12,459 nucleotides of DNA from a bacterium (GTDB taxonomy: Bacteria > Muiribacteriota > UBA6191): NCBI GenBank assembly GCA_036339875.1, contig JAYZAC010000070.1, positions 1 through 12,459 on the forward strand, in the 5' to 3' direction. Of the stretch, positions 1 through 8,464 are shown piece after piece. Made by a program: the position numbers and the translations under genes. Within the stretch, counting starts at the first letter, position 1. Every line of letters begins with the position of its first letter. The notes beneath the pieces were generated by a model. That model did not search any database. It was not told the DNA's origin and saw only the letters and a list, made by a program, of their open reading frames with translations.

Positions 1-6
1 AAACGC

Positions 7-36
7 TTGACTGGAATCACTAGAAAAAATGATACT
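7..36 (+). promoter_or_regulatory. Putative sigma70-type promoter for the amidinotransferase gene
   Basis: TTGACT (7-12), 18-nt spacer, GATACT (31-36). It overlaps the ORF-track ATG at 29, which argues that the true start is ATG 80. Confidence 0.4.
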
Positions 37-79
37 GTTGGGTTTCTATTTTTATTATTTACATTCTAAGGTTACCCGT

Positions 80-1030
80 ATGAATTCTGTTTTGAAACCA
101 CGCCAATGTGCTAACTCAGTTATCGTAGCTAGGCCTCACTACTTCAAATTTAACTCTGAAACTGCTGGTGATAATTTATTTCAAAATATTGTAGATATGG
201 AGAATTCAGAGAATTTTAAAGATAAAGTTATGCACGAATTTAATAGGTGTGTTACCTCTTTAAGAGAGGTTGGTCTGCATGTAAGTATTCTGGATGATAT
301 TCATCCCCCTGTTGAGGAGTTAATTGATTCATTATTTCCTAATAATTGGTTCAGTACTGATTGCTTCGGAGTCATTAAAGTTTTTCCAATGCTTGCATCT
401 AATAGACAGGCAGAGGTGCGACCAGAATATTTACGAACATTATTAGAATCTGAAGGTTTTATTGTTAATGAAATAATTGATTATCGAATTCAGTTAAACG
501 GAATTCTTGAGGGTACTGGAAGCATTGTGAAGGATCATACGAATAGTACTATTTACGCGTCATTATCTTCTCGTTGCGAGTGGGAGGCTTTAAGATCCTT
601 TAAGGAGTTGAGCCCATGGAATATTGGTTGTTGTTTTGAGACCTCAGATCGAAGAGGTTATCCTATTTATCACACCAATGTGGTCTTGAGTCTAGGTGAT
701 AAGTTTGCTGTTTTGTGCGACCAGGCGATTCCAGATTTGGAAGATCGTAAAATATTGATAGAACGTTTAAGTAAGCATCGTGAAGTTATCTTAATATCAA
801 TGAAACAGATGGAGCAGTTCTGTGGAAATATATTAGAGGTAGAGAGTCTCACTGGTGAATCTCTAGTTCTAATGTCAAAGCGTGCCTTTGAAAACTTCAA
901 TGATAATCAGCTAGTTAGCTTACAGAAATTTGCGAGAATAGTGGCAATCCCAATACCAACTATTGAGGATGTAGGAGGAGGAAGCATAAGGTGTATGCTT
1001 GCTGAAAACTTTCTACCTCGAAATGTTTAA
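80..1030 (+). CDS. ctlX: Amidinotransferase-superfamily (pentein) hydrolase, citrulline utilization hydrolase CtlX-like
   Basis: Motifs RP..F.FNSETAGDNLFQ, FPNNWFST, LEGTGS, IYHTNV and C-terminal GGGSIRCMLAENF with the catalytic Cys. I placed the start at ATG 80 (MNSVLKPRQ) because the ORF-track extension from 29 does not look family-like and overlaps the putative promoter. Confidence 0.8.
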   Translation: MNSVLKPRQCANSVIVARPHYFKFNSETAGDNLFQNIVDMENSENFKDKVMHEFNRCVTSLREVGLHVSILDDIHPPVEELIDSLFPNNWFSTDCFGVIKVFPMLASNRQAEVRPEYLRTLLESEGFIVNEIIDYRIQLNGILEGTGSIVKDHTNSTIYASLSSRCEWEALRSFKELSPWNIGCCFETSDRRGYPIYHTNVVLSLGDKFAVLCDQAIPDLEDRKILIERLSKHREVILISMKQMEQFCGNILEVESLTGESLVLMSKRAFENFNDNQLVSLQKFARIVAIPIPTIEDVGGGSIRCMLAENFLPRNV

Positions 1031-1032
1031 TA

Positions 1033-1836
1033 CTAATGGTTTCGAACTTGTTGTATGAGTTCAAGGGCCATTTTGTGTAATGTGTAGTTAGCCGTAGCAA
1101 GTACTTGCCCGGAGGAATTTGAATCTAGTGGGTTTCCATCAAAGTCAGATATAAAACCGCCAGCTTCTGTTACGATTGGAACCACTGCTGCATAATCATG
1201 AATTTCCATTTGATTTTCAATCACCATATCTATACGTCCCTGAGCTAATAGACAGTATTGCATGGCGTCGCCTCCAAATGAGCTTAGCCAGCACCGTTCA
1301 TGTAGCTCTGAAAGTAATTGTTTATGCCATAGATCAGGGAACATTGATGGTGTTGTTGTGCTCCATACAATACTGTCCCACGTTCTTTTATCAGAAGTTT
1401 TCAGAAGTCCTGATGGTCCGAAGGCGCCGGAACCTTTAATTGCTTGATATTCCTGCTTTACGGCGGGAAGGTAGACCCATCCACTATGGAATTCTCTTGA
1501 GACTTCAAGACCCATGAGAGTGGTGTAGGTAGGTTTGCCTGTTACCAATGCAATCGTGCCATCTATTGGATCTAAAATGAATCTATGTTCACTTTCCTTA
1601 TAAGCCAGTTTCTCAGCATATTCCTCGCCAAGGATACCTGCATTTGGATATTGGCATTCGATTAATTTTCGTAACTGTTTTTCGATCTCAAGATCAATTT
1701 TAGTTACAACTGGTGAGGCTGCATTCTTTTCACTTAAAAAATCTGAGCCGGTTTTGAGGTCAAGATTAATTGAGTTGATTATATTATCAACTTCAATTTT
1801 AGCTAAATTACATAATTTTAGAAATGAATCCGACAT
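1033..1836 (-). CDS. hisN: Histidinol-phosphatase, inositol monophosphatase family
   Basis: IMPase motifs GILGEE, LDPIDGT and HDYAA...EAGG.ISDFDG, plus HisN-like FGGDAMQYCLLAQGRID. It is the last gene of the his operon, which has no other phosphatase. Confidence 0.85.
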   Translation of the reverse strand: MSDSFLKLCNLAKIEVDNIINSINLDLKTGSDFLSEKNAASPVVTKIDLEIEKQLRKLIECQYPNAGILGEEYAEKLAYKESEHRFILDPIDGTIALVTGKPTYTTLMGLEVSREFHSGWVYLPAVKQEYQAIKGSGAFGPSGLLKTSDKRTWDSIVWSTTTPSMFPDLWHKQLLSELHERCWLSSFGGDAMQYCLLAQGRIDMVIENQMEIHDYAAVVPIVTEAGGFISDFDGNPLDSNSSGQVLATANYTLHKMALELIQQVRNH

Positions 1837-1860
1837 ACTCTTAGATTATCACATATTAAT

Positions 1861-2487
1861 TCATTTACTGTGGCGTTCTTGAAGTCTTTTGACAACATCC
1901 TCGATAGATTTATCGCGAGCTTCCAAAAGAACCATTAGATGGTATATAAGATCAGAAGCTTCATCCACAAGATTATCCTGCTGCAGAGCTCCCGCTAAAG
2001 CTGTTTCAACGCCCTCCTCACCAACTTTTTGTGCAATGCGAGCTAGGCCAGATTCAAATAGAGAAGTGGTATAGCTACCTTCGATCATAGATAATTTTCT
2101 TTCAGAAATGATTTTTTGTAATTGAGAAAGAAAGTCCATTGTACCGGCGGGAATTGTTTTCTCTGAGCTATCAAAACAGCTTGTTGTATTACGATGACAA
2201 GTGGGCCCAATTGGTTTCACTTGAGCTAAAAAACTATCATTATCACAATCAATAAAAAGTCGTTTAAGAATTAAAAAATTTCCTGATGTTTCGCCTTTCA
2301 TCCAAAGTTTTTGACGACTTCTTGAGAAAAAACATAATTTCCCAGTTTTTATTGACTGTTCGATAGAGTCTGCATTAACAAAACCTAACATTAATACTCT
2401 TGCTGAATCATAATCTTGAACAACACAAGGTAATAATCCATTTGCCTTTGACCAATCAGGCTTTATTTCATTGCTGTACTCTATCAT
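1861..2487 (-). CDS. hisIE: Bifunctional phosphoribosyl-AMP cyclohydrolase / phosphoribosyl-ATP pyrophosphatase
   Basis: HisI motifs SRSRQKLWMKGETSGN, DCDNDS, GPTCH..TTSCF. HisE motifs SYTTSLF, KVGEEGVE, EASDLIYHL. SD-like GAGAGG upstream. Confidence 0.97.
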   Translation of the reverse strand: MIEYSNEIKPDWSKANGLLPCVVQDYDSARVLMLGFVNADSIEQSIKTGKLCFFSRSRQKLWMKGETSGNFLILKRLFIDCDNDSFLAQVKPIGPTCHRNTTSCFDSSEKTIPAGTMDFLSQLQKIISERKLSMIEGSYTTSLFESGLARIAQKVGEEGVETALAGALQQDNLVDEASDLIYHLMVLLEARDKSIEDVVKRLQERHSK

Positions 2488-2507
2488 TACAAGGACCTCT
2501 CATTAGT

Positions 2508-3275
2508 TCAGATTCTGACTGGTATGTGATGTTCATTTAAATACTTCTTAAGTTGAGGTATGTCGAAAATCTGCTTATGAAAAACACTAGCAGCTAAAGC
2601 AGCTTCTACTTGCGTGATCTCGAATACGTCCAGAAAATGCTGCATACTACCGGCTCCTCCGGAAGCTACCATTGGAATATGAGTATTTTTACGAATTTCT
2701 GAAAGTTGTTCAAGATCGTATCCTTTGCGCATACCATCTTGATTCATACAGTTAACTACAACTTCGCCGGCACCAAGATTTTGGACTTCTTTGATCCAGT
2801 CAAGAGTTCTTTTTTTTGTATTAGTTGTTCGACTTTCATCTCCTGTGTATTGGTAGACAAGATAATCGTTATCTAACTCCATACTATCTATTCCAACTAC
2901 TACACATTGAACGCCAAACTCCGCCGCTAGTTCTGATATTAAGCTTGGGTTCTCTAAAGCAGGAGAGTTGATTGAAATTTTTTCAGCCCCTCTTTGTAGA
3001 ATTTCTCTAGCATCTTGAATGGTACGAATTCCGCCTGCCACACAAAAGGGAATATCTAGTATTTTACCAACCTTGTTGACCCATTCGCGACTAACTGTAC
3101 GGCCTTCTGCAGAGGCACTGATATCATAAAAAACTAGCTCATCAGCTCCTTGGTCACGATAGCGTAGTGACAAGTCTTCAATACTACCCATATCTACATG
3201 ATTTCGAAATTGGACTCCTTTGACGACTCTTCCATCTCGTACATCAAGACAGGGGATGATACGCTTAGCAAGCAT
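2508..3275 (-). CDS. hisF: Imidazole glycerol phosphate synthase, cyclase subunit
   Basis: Starts [18 protein letters not shown], with [16 protein letters not shown] and ASGGAG. The start is ATG 3275 with SD AAGGAGAA (3281-3288), not 3347 as in the ORF track. Confidence 0.97.
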   Translation of the reverse strand: MLAKRIIPCLDVRDGRVVKGVQFRNHVDMGSIEDLSLRYRDQGADELVFYDISASAEGRTVSREWVNKVGKILDIPFCVAGGIRTIQDAREILQRGAEKISINSPALENPSLISELAAEFGVQCVVVGIDSMELDNDYLVYQYTGDESRTTNTKKRTLDWIKEVQNLGAGEVVVNCMNQDGMRKGYDLEQLSEIRKNTHIPMVASGGAGSMQHFLDVFEITQVEAALAASVFHKQIFDIPQLKKYLNEHHIPVRI

Positions 3276-4017
3276 TCTGATTCTCCTTAAGAGCTCGAAC
3301 GGAATCGACATAATTAATTTTACCCTCAAGTATGGCTCGTCCAGCAACTGCCGCCCAGACTCCAGAGTTTTGCAAAGTGACCAGATCTTGTACGTCTCTT
3401 ACTCCACCGGAGGCAATCCATTGAAAGTGAGGGTATTTAGTGACTAAATATTCATACAGGTCTATTGCAGGGCCCTGCATTGTGCCATCGCATTCAATAT
3501 CTGTGCACAAAATGGTTAATCCCTGATAGGGTGCAAAATGACTTAAAACCTGGGAGATATCTAGTTTAGAAGGATTGAGCCAACCACTGCCATAGGGTTG
3601 AGGTTGATTGATTCTATCCCATCTCACATCGATGGCTAAAGCTACCCTACTGGATTCATTAATCTTGCTAAGCCATTCAGCAACTAGCTCAGGCTCTTTG
3701 CAAGCCATGCTTCCGATTAAAATACGATCAATTCCAGCCGATAATAGTTCTTCACAATCTTTAAGATTACGTATTCCACCACCCCACTGAATTTTAGAAC
3801 TGATTACTTTTCTTAGCTTTTTAATAAGTTCCCATTGTCTTTTATTTGAATCTCTAGCTCCTTCAAGATCTACAAGATGGACCCATTGGGCACCTTGTTT
3901 TTCTAAGTTTTGAGCAATATCTATTAGATTTCCAAAGTCAGTAACATGATTATAATTTCCTTTCAGTAATCGAACGCATCTACCACCTAAAATATCGATT
4001 GCAGGAATGAACTTCAT
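3265..4017 (-). CDS. hisA: ProFAR isomerase (1-(5-phosphoribosyl)-5-[(5-phosphoribosylamino)methylideneamino]imidazole-4-carboxamide isomerase)
   Basis: [39 protein letters not shown] and ASGGV. Lies between hisH and hisF. Confidence 0.96.
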   Translation of the reverse strand: MKFIPAIDILGGRCVRLLKGNYNHVTDFGNLIDIAQNLEKQGAQWVHLVDLEGARDSNKRQWELIKKLRKVISSKIQWGGGIRNLKDCEELLSAGIDRILIGSMACKEPELVAEWLSKINESSRVALAIDVRWDRINQPQPYGSGWLNPSKLDISQVLSHFAPYQGLTILCTDIECDGTMQGPAIDLYEYLVTKYPHFQWIASGGVRDVQDLVTLQNSGVWAAVAGRAILEGKINYVDSVRALKENQNAC

Positions 4018-4622
4018 TTGTTTCTTCTTTCAGTATACTGACAAAAATTTTGGAGGATTTTAGCTCCAATGACTCCTGACCTTTCAGGATGAAACTGACA
4101 GCCCCAGACCCCTTGAGTTGCGACGATAGCAGACATATTAATATGGTAATCTGTACTGGCAATACAGCAACTGGAAAGTTCTGCGTAATAGCTATGCACA
4201 AAGTAGACGTATGAGTTTTGAGGAATATTGTTTGTTATAGGATTAGGCTTCAATATATCTAATTGATTCCAACCCATATGTGGGATGCTGTAACCTCGTT
4301 TTACTGGAATTGATTTTACTTTTCCTGGTAAAAGTCCGAGACATTCCACTTGACCTTCTTCACTATCTTCAAAGAGTAGCTGCATACCCAGACAGATGCC
4401 TAAAATCGGTTGCTGACTTGTTTGCAAAAATTTGACTAGTCCGTGAGTGTGGAGGGTCTGCATTGCTTTCTTTGCCGCTCCAACGCCAGGCAATAAAAGC
4501 TTATCGGCTTTAATTAATTGATCGACTTTGGAGCTAACGAAACTTTGCGAACCGATGCGATCCAGTGCAAACTGAATGCTAGCAAGATTAGCACCTCCGC
4601 TATCTACAATGCCAATCTTCAT
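4014..4622 (-). CDS. hisH: Imidazole glycerol phosphate synthase, glutamine amidotransferase subunit
   Basis: LPGVGA, GICLGMQLL (catalytic Cys), PHMGWN, YFVHSY and QFHPERS (His-Glu). Confidence 0.97.
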   Translation of the reverse strand: MKIGIVDSGGANLASIQFALDRIGSQSFVSSKVDQLIKADKLLLPGVGAAKKAMQTLHTHGLVKFLQTSQQPILGICLGMQLLFEDSEEGQVECLGLLPGKVKSIPVKRGYSIPHMGWNQLDILKPNPITNNIPQNSYVYFVHSYYAELSSCCIASTDYHINMSAIVATQGVWGCQFHPERSGVIGAKILQNFCQYTERRNK

Positions 4623-6274
4623 TAAAGAACTCCTTTACTCGATGGAATTTGATTGCCTTGTATTGCGCAGGACTCTTTGATGCATTTACCTAAAGCCTTA
4701 AAGCTTGATTCAACCTTATGGTGAGAGTTTTCGCCGTTAACAGATATGTGCAAGGCACATCCAAGAGATTGAGCTAGACTCTGATAAAAATGGGGAACCA
4801 TTTCAAGATTAAGTTTGCCTAGGTGACCTTTGCCAAAATGGCCTTCTAAGACGAAAGCGGGTCGACCACTGAGATCCATAGCCATATGACAAAGCGCTTC
4901 ATCCATTGGTAAAACAAAACTATAACGCTGGATACCTCTTCGCTCTCCTAATGCAATTTTGAGCGCCTGTCCAAGTGCCAGAGCACAATCTTCAACACTA
5001 TGATGATCATCCACTTGGAGATCGCCATCACAAATTAATTCTAAATCAAGATTTCCGTGACGGGCTATTTGTTCAATCATGTGATCCAAATATTCAATTC
5101 CAGTCTTTACAGAAGATCGACAGCCGTTGTCTAAGCTAATATTCACAATAATTTGAGTTTCTGAGGTTTTACGAACGGCACGTCCTTCACGATTGACTTT
5201 GGTAGTCAGTGGAACTCCGATCGATTTTAATAGAAGATCGTTTTGGACTGGTGAACCAATTGTAATTCTTAAACAATTATTGACTTGACTGGTACGATCT
5301 CGAACCAGTAGACCTGACTTTAATAGCGTTTGAAAGGTCTTCTTGGGTTCACTGAACTCTACTAATAAAAAATTAGTATAGGAGGAATAAATCTTGACCA
5401 CATCAGATAAATTTATGAGTTGTTCAGAAACGCGTTTTCTTTCAGATATAATTTTATCCCATTGAGATTTATATGCAGAAATAGCGGCTGGTGATAAAGC
5501 CTCAGTAGCTGCTTCTATGCATGGTCTTGGAATGGGATAAGGCGCTAGAATACTCTGCATAGCTTCAATGATTTCGTGATTTGCAATCGTGCACCCAATT
5601 CTCAAGCCTGCCATTGCAAAAGCTTTACTGAGCGTGCGAAGAATAACCAAATTAGGATATTGTTCAACATACTGAATCATGGATTCACGGTTCTCAAAAT
5701 CCATGTAAGCTTCATCGATTACTAATATTGCTCGGTCTTTAATTTTCTTATTGAATTCTAATATTTCCTCGACTCTTAGCAGTGTTCCTGATGGATTATT
5801 AGGGTTACATACGAAAATCAGAGAGACCTGATTTTGCTGTACTTTTTCATATAATTTAGTCCAGTTTACAGTGAAATCTGATTCAAAATCTTGTTCAAGA
5901 AGTTTTACTCCTTGTACTCTAGCGGCTACCCCATAGTATCCAAAACTGGGTCGTAAAGTAAGTGCTTGATTTTGTCCTGGTTCACAGAATAACTTCATCA
6001 GAAGTTCAATTGCTTCGTCACTACCCCTACTTAAAAGAATCTGATCAGATTTTCCACCGAAATATCGTGCAAATGCGGCCTTGAGATTTTGTGGTTGAGG
6101 GTCTGGATAACGGTTCCAATCTTTACCGCATGCTCCTGAAATAGGAGCTTCGATAGCACTTTCATTTGCATCAAGAAAGATCATATTATTATCTAGATTA
6201 GGGGCTTCAATACGAGCTGAACTGTATGCTTTGAATTCGCGTAAATCTTTTCGAATAAGCTTGCGTATACTCAT
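4622..6274 (-). CDS. hisC-hisB: Fused histidinol-phosphate aminotransferase (HisC, about aa 1-352) and imidazoleglycerol-phosphate dehydratase (HisB/IGPD, about aa 362-550)
   Basis: HisC part: LDANE, NRYPDPQP, GSDEAI, CNPNNPSG, DEAY, RTLSKAFAMAGLRIG (PLP Lys, about K217), LRITIG. IGPD part: RKTSETQI, LDHM, DDHHSVED, PMDEAL, DLSGRP, NSHHKVESSFKA, PSSKGVL. One uninterrupted reading frame. Confidence 0.93.
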   Translation of the reverse strand: MSIRKLIRKDLREFKAYSSARIEAPNLDNNMIFLDANESAIEAPISGACGKDWNRYPDPQPQNLKAAFARYFGGKSDQILLSRGSDEAIELLMKLFCEPGQNQALTLRPSFGYYGVAARVQGVKLLEQDFESDFTVNWTKLYEKVQQNQVSLIFVCNPNNPSGTLLRVEEILEFNKKIKDRAILVIDEAYMDFENRESMIQYVEQYPNLVILRTLSKAFAMAGLRIGCTIANHEIIEAMQSILAPYPIPRPCIEAATEALSPAAISAYKSQWDKIISERKRVSEQLINLSDVVKIYSSYTNFLLVEFSEPKKTFQTLLKSGLLVRDRTSQVNNCLRITIGSPVQNDLLLKSIGVPLTTKVNREGRAVRKTSETQIIVNISLDNGCRSSVKTGIEYLDHMIEQIARHGNLDLELICDGDLQVDDHHSVEDCALALGQALKIALGERRGIQRYSFVLPMDEALCHMAMDLSGRPAFVLEGHFGKGHLGKLNLEMVPHFYQSLAQSLGCALHISVNGENSHHKVESSFKALGKCIKESCAIQGNQIPSSKGVL

Positions 6275-7572
6275 AACCCTTTCTCCAATACTTCTCTACG
6301 AATACTTACAGCCCTTCTGTGAGCCTCTAAAGATTCCATTGAGGCTAGAGTTTCTACGCAAGGTGCAAGATTAATTAGACCTTGCGGATCAAGATTCTGT
6401 ACGGTCATACTTCTTCTAAAACTATCAAGGTTAAGACCTCCCATTTTACTTGCATAACCTGAGGTGGGTAAAACATGATTTGTACCCGAAGCATAATCCC
6501 CAACTGCTTCGGGGGTCCATTCACCTATAAATACACTACCCGCATTTATAATTTTATCAAGATAGCTATCAGCTTTATTCACTTGAATAATGAGATGTTC
6601 TGGACCCAGTTGATTGGAAAGATCAAGTGCATCATAGATATCATTCATAATTATAATTTGAGCATTTTGAAGTGCTTTTGATGCGATAGCTTTTCGCGGT
6701 AGATCCTTTAATTGGTTTTCAGTCTCTTTTCGTATTGCGTTAGCAGATTGCTCACTAAACGTAAGTGTTATAACACTTGCCAGAGTATCGTGTTCCGCTT
6801 GGCTTAGCAAATCAGCGGCTACAAATTCAGGACGAGCAGTTTCATCTGCTATTACTAGAACCTCTGAAGGTCCTGCCGGCATGTCGATAGCTGGACCTCC
6901 AAACTCTTGACTTACAATAATTTTGGCTAAATTTACATATTGGTTTCCAGGGCCAAATATTTTATTAACTTTAGGGATTGGTCCGCAGCCATAAGCCATA
7001 GCAGCGATAGCTTGCGCACCACCGATAGCAAAGACTTGATTGATACCACACATTTTTGCTGCATAAAGAATTGCTGGATTGATTTTCCCCGAACTATCGG
7101 GAGGTGTACATAAAATAACTTTTTCACAATTAGCAAGGCGGGCGGGAATTGCCATCATGAGAACCGTAGAAACTAAAGGCGCAGTTCCTCCGGGTATATA
7201 GAGTCCAACGGATTGAATCGGTCGATATACTCTTTTACATCGAACACCTGGCATCGTCTCAAGTTCATATTCACCAGCTAGTTGGACGTTGTGGAATTTG
7301 CTAATGTTTTCAATAGCTTGCAGAATTGCATCTTTCTCTTTTTCAGATAAGGACTGTTCATCACAGGTTTGAATCAAGTTATCAAAGACAAAATCAGCAT
7401 AATCAAATTGCTTGGTATATTTGATTAACGAATCAAGACCTTCATTTTTAACAGCGTTGATTATATTTTGGACACTGAGTTGAGTTTCTTTCGAGAAAGC
7501 TACAGATTGAGTGCGTTGGATCAATTGCTGTTGTTCTTTGGAGGAAATTGAATTCCATAGTATTGTTTGCAT
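6271..7572 (-). CDS. hisD: Histidinol dehydrogenase
   Basis: GLYIPGG, GGAQAIAAMAYG, GPGNQYV, DMPAGPSE, SQAEHD, PEHL, GDYASGTNHVLPT and LEAHRRA. Confidence 0.98.
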   Translation of the reverse strand: MQTILWNSISSKEQQQLIQRTQSVAFSKETQLSVQNIINAVKNEGLDSLIKYTKQFDYADFVFDNLIQTCDEQSLSEKEKDAILQAIENISKFHNVQLAGEYELETMPGVRCKRVYRPIQSVGLYIPGGTAPLVSTVLMMAIPARLANCEKVILCTPPDSSGKINPAILYAAKMCGINQVFAIGGAQAIAAMAYGCGPIPKVNKIFGPGNQYVNLAKIIVSQEFGGPAIDMPAGPSEVLVIADETARPEFVAADLLSQAEHDTLASVITLTFSEQSANAIRKETENQLKDLPRKAIASKALQNAQIIIMNDIYDALDLSNQLGPEHLIIQVNKADSYLDKIINAGSVFIGEWTPEAVGDYASGTNHVLPTSGYASKMGGLNLDSFRRSMTVQNLDPQGLINLAPCVETLASMESLEAHRRAVSIRREVLEKGL

Positions 7573-7573
7573 T

Positions 7574-8464
7574 TCAGACCATCATCTTTTCAATTGGTAA
7601 TACTAAGATTGCAGAAGCTCCCGCTTTTTTTAATTCTTCCATAGTTTCCCAAAAAATATTTTCCTGACACACTGCGTGTATTGCTACTTTGCCTGGTATA
7701 CCTGGAAGAGTTAGAGTAGTCGGAGCCTCTGCTCCCGGCAAGAGCTCTCTGATTTGTTTGACGCTATTTTCAGGCGCGTGCAACATAATATATTTGCTTT
7801 CAGAAGCAGATAAAACACCTTTGACCCGAGTCAATAAACGATTAAATATTGATAGTTTTTCATCACTTAGGTTTTTAGATTTTTTTATAAGAATTGCTTC
7901 TGAAGATTGAATTTCTTGCAGTAAACGCATGCCATTGGCTACCAATGTTGCTCCTGTAGAGACAAGATCTGCAATGGCATCAGCTATCTGAAGTTGTGGT
8001 GCGACCTCCACAGACCCCTCCATCTCTACCAGTTGTACTTCGATCTTATTATCGAACATGTATTTTTGTGTGATTCCAGGAAACGAGGTAGCAATTCGTA
8101 AACCATTTAATTGCTGGGTATTTTCAATTCTTGAATTTTCAGGGACTGCTAAACACAGGCGACATTTAGCTAAGCCAAGTCGATAACCTATTTCGAGGTC
8201 TTCAGCACCATTACTAGAAAAAAGTTGTTCGAGAAAAACATCTTCTCCAACAATTCCAGCATCACATACACCATTTGATACAAAGGAGGGGATATCATCG
8301 TCTCGAACCATTAATAAATCTAAGGGGAAATTTGGGACTCTATACAGTAAAGTTGATTTACCTGCTTGTATTTTAAGGCCACATTTTTCTAATAGATTTA
8401 TACACTCTTTGGATAGCCTTCCCGATTTTTGGAGGGCAAGACGAAGTCGAGGTGTTTTTATCAT
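7574..8464 (-). CDS. hisG: ATP phosphoribosyltransferase, long form with C-terminal regulatory domain
   Basis: LALQKSGRL, VRDDDIP, GIVGED, GSVEVAP, DLVSTGATL, and C-terminal domain KYIMLHAP...LPGAEAPT...FWETMEELK..GAS.ILVLPIEKMM. The long form does not need HisZ. Confidence 0.98.
   Translation of the reverse strand: MIKTPRLRLALQKSGRLSKECINLLEKCGLKIQAGKSTLLYRVPNFPLDLLMVRDDDIPSFVSNGVCDAGIVGEDVFLEQLFSSNGAEDLEIGYRLGLAKCRLCLAVPENSRIENTQQLNGLRIATSFPGITQKYMFDNKIEVQLVEMEGSVEVAPQLQIADAIADLVSTGATLVANGMRLLQEIQSSEAILIKKSKNLSDEKLSIFNRLLTRVKGVLSASESKYIMLHAPENSVKQIRELLPGAEAPTTLTLPGIPGKVAIHAVCQENIFWETMEELKKAGASAILVLPIEKMMV

Noticed and set aside
29..79. 17-aa hydrophobic N-terminal extension of the amidinotransferase
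   Set aside because: The ATG at 29 lies inside a putative promoter, and family-like sequence begins after Met 80.
1837..1860. Internal extended -10 promoter (TGTGATAAT) before hisN
   Set aside because: No -35 match, AT-rich context and only 8 nt from the ATG; it cannot be distinguished from chance.
3276..3347. 24-aa N-terminal extension of HisF in the ORF track
   Set aside because: It lies within hisA. The canonical [12 protein letters not shown] start at 3275 has a strong SD.
5192..5230. Independent internal start for hisB within the fusion
   Set aside because: No in-frame ATG, GTG or TTG in the linker before the IGPD domain, and no stop ending hisC.
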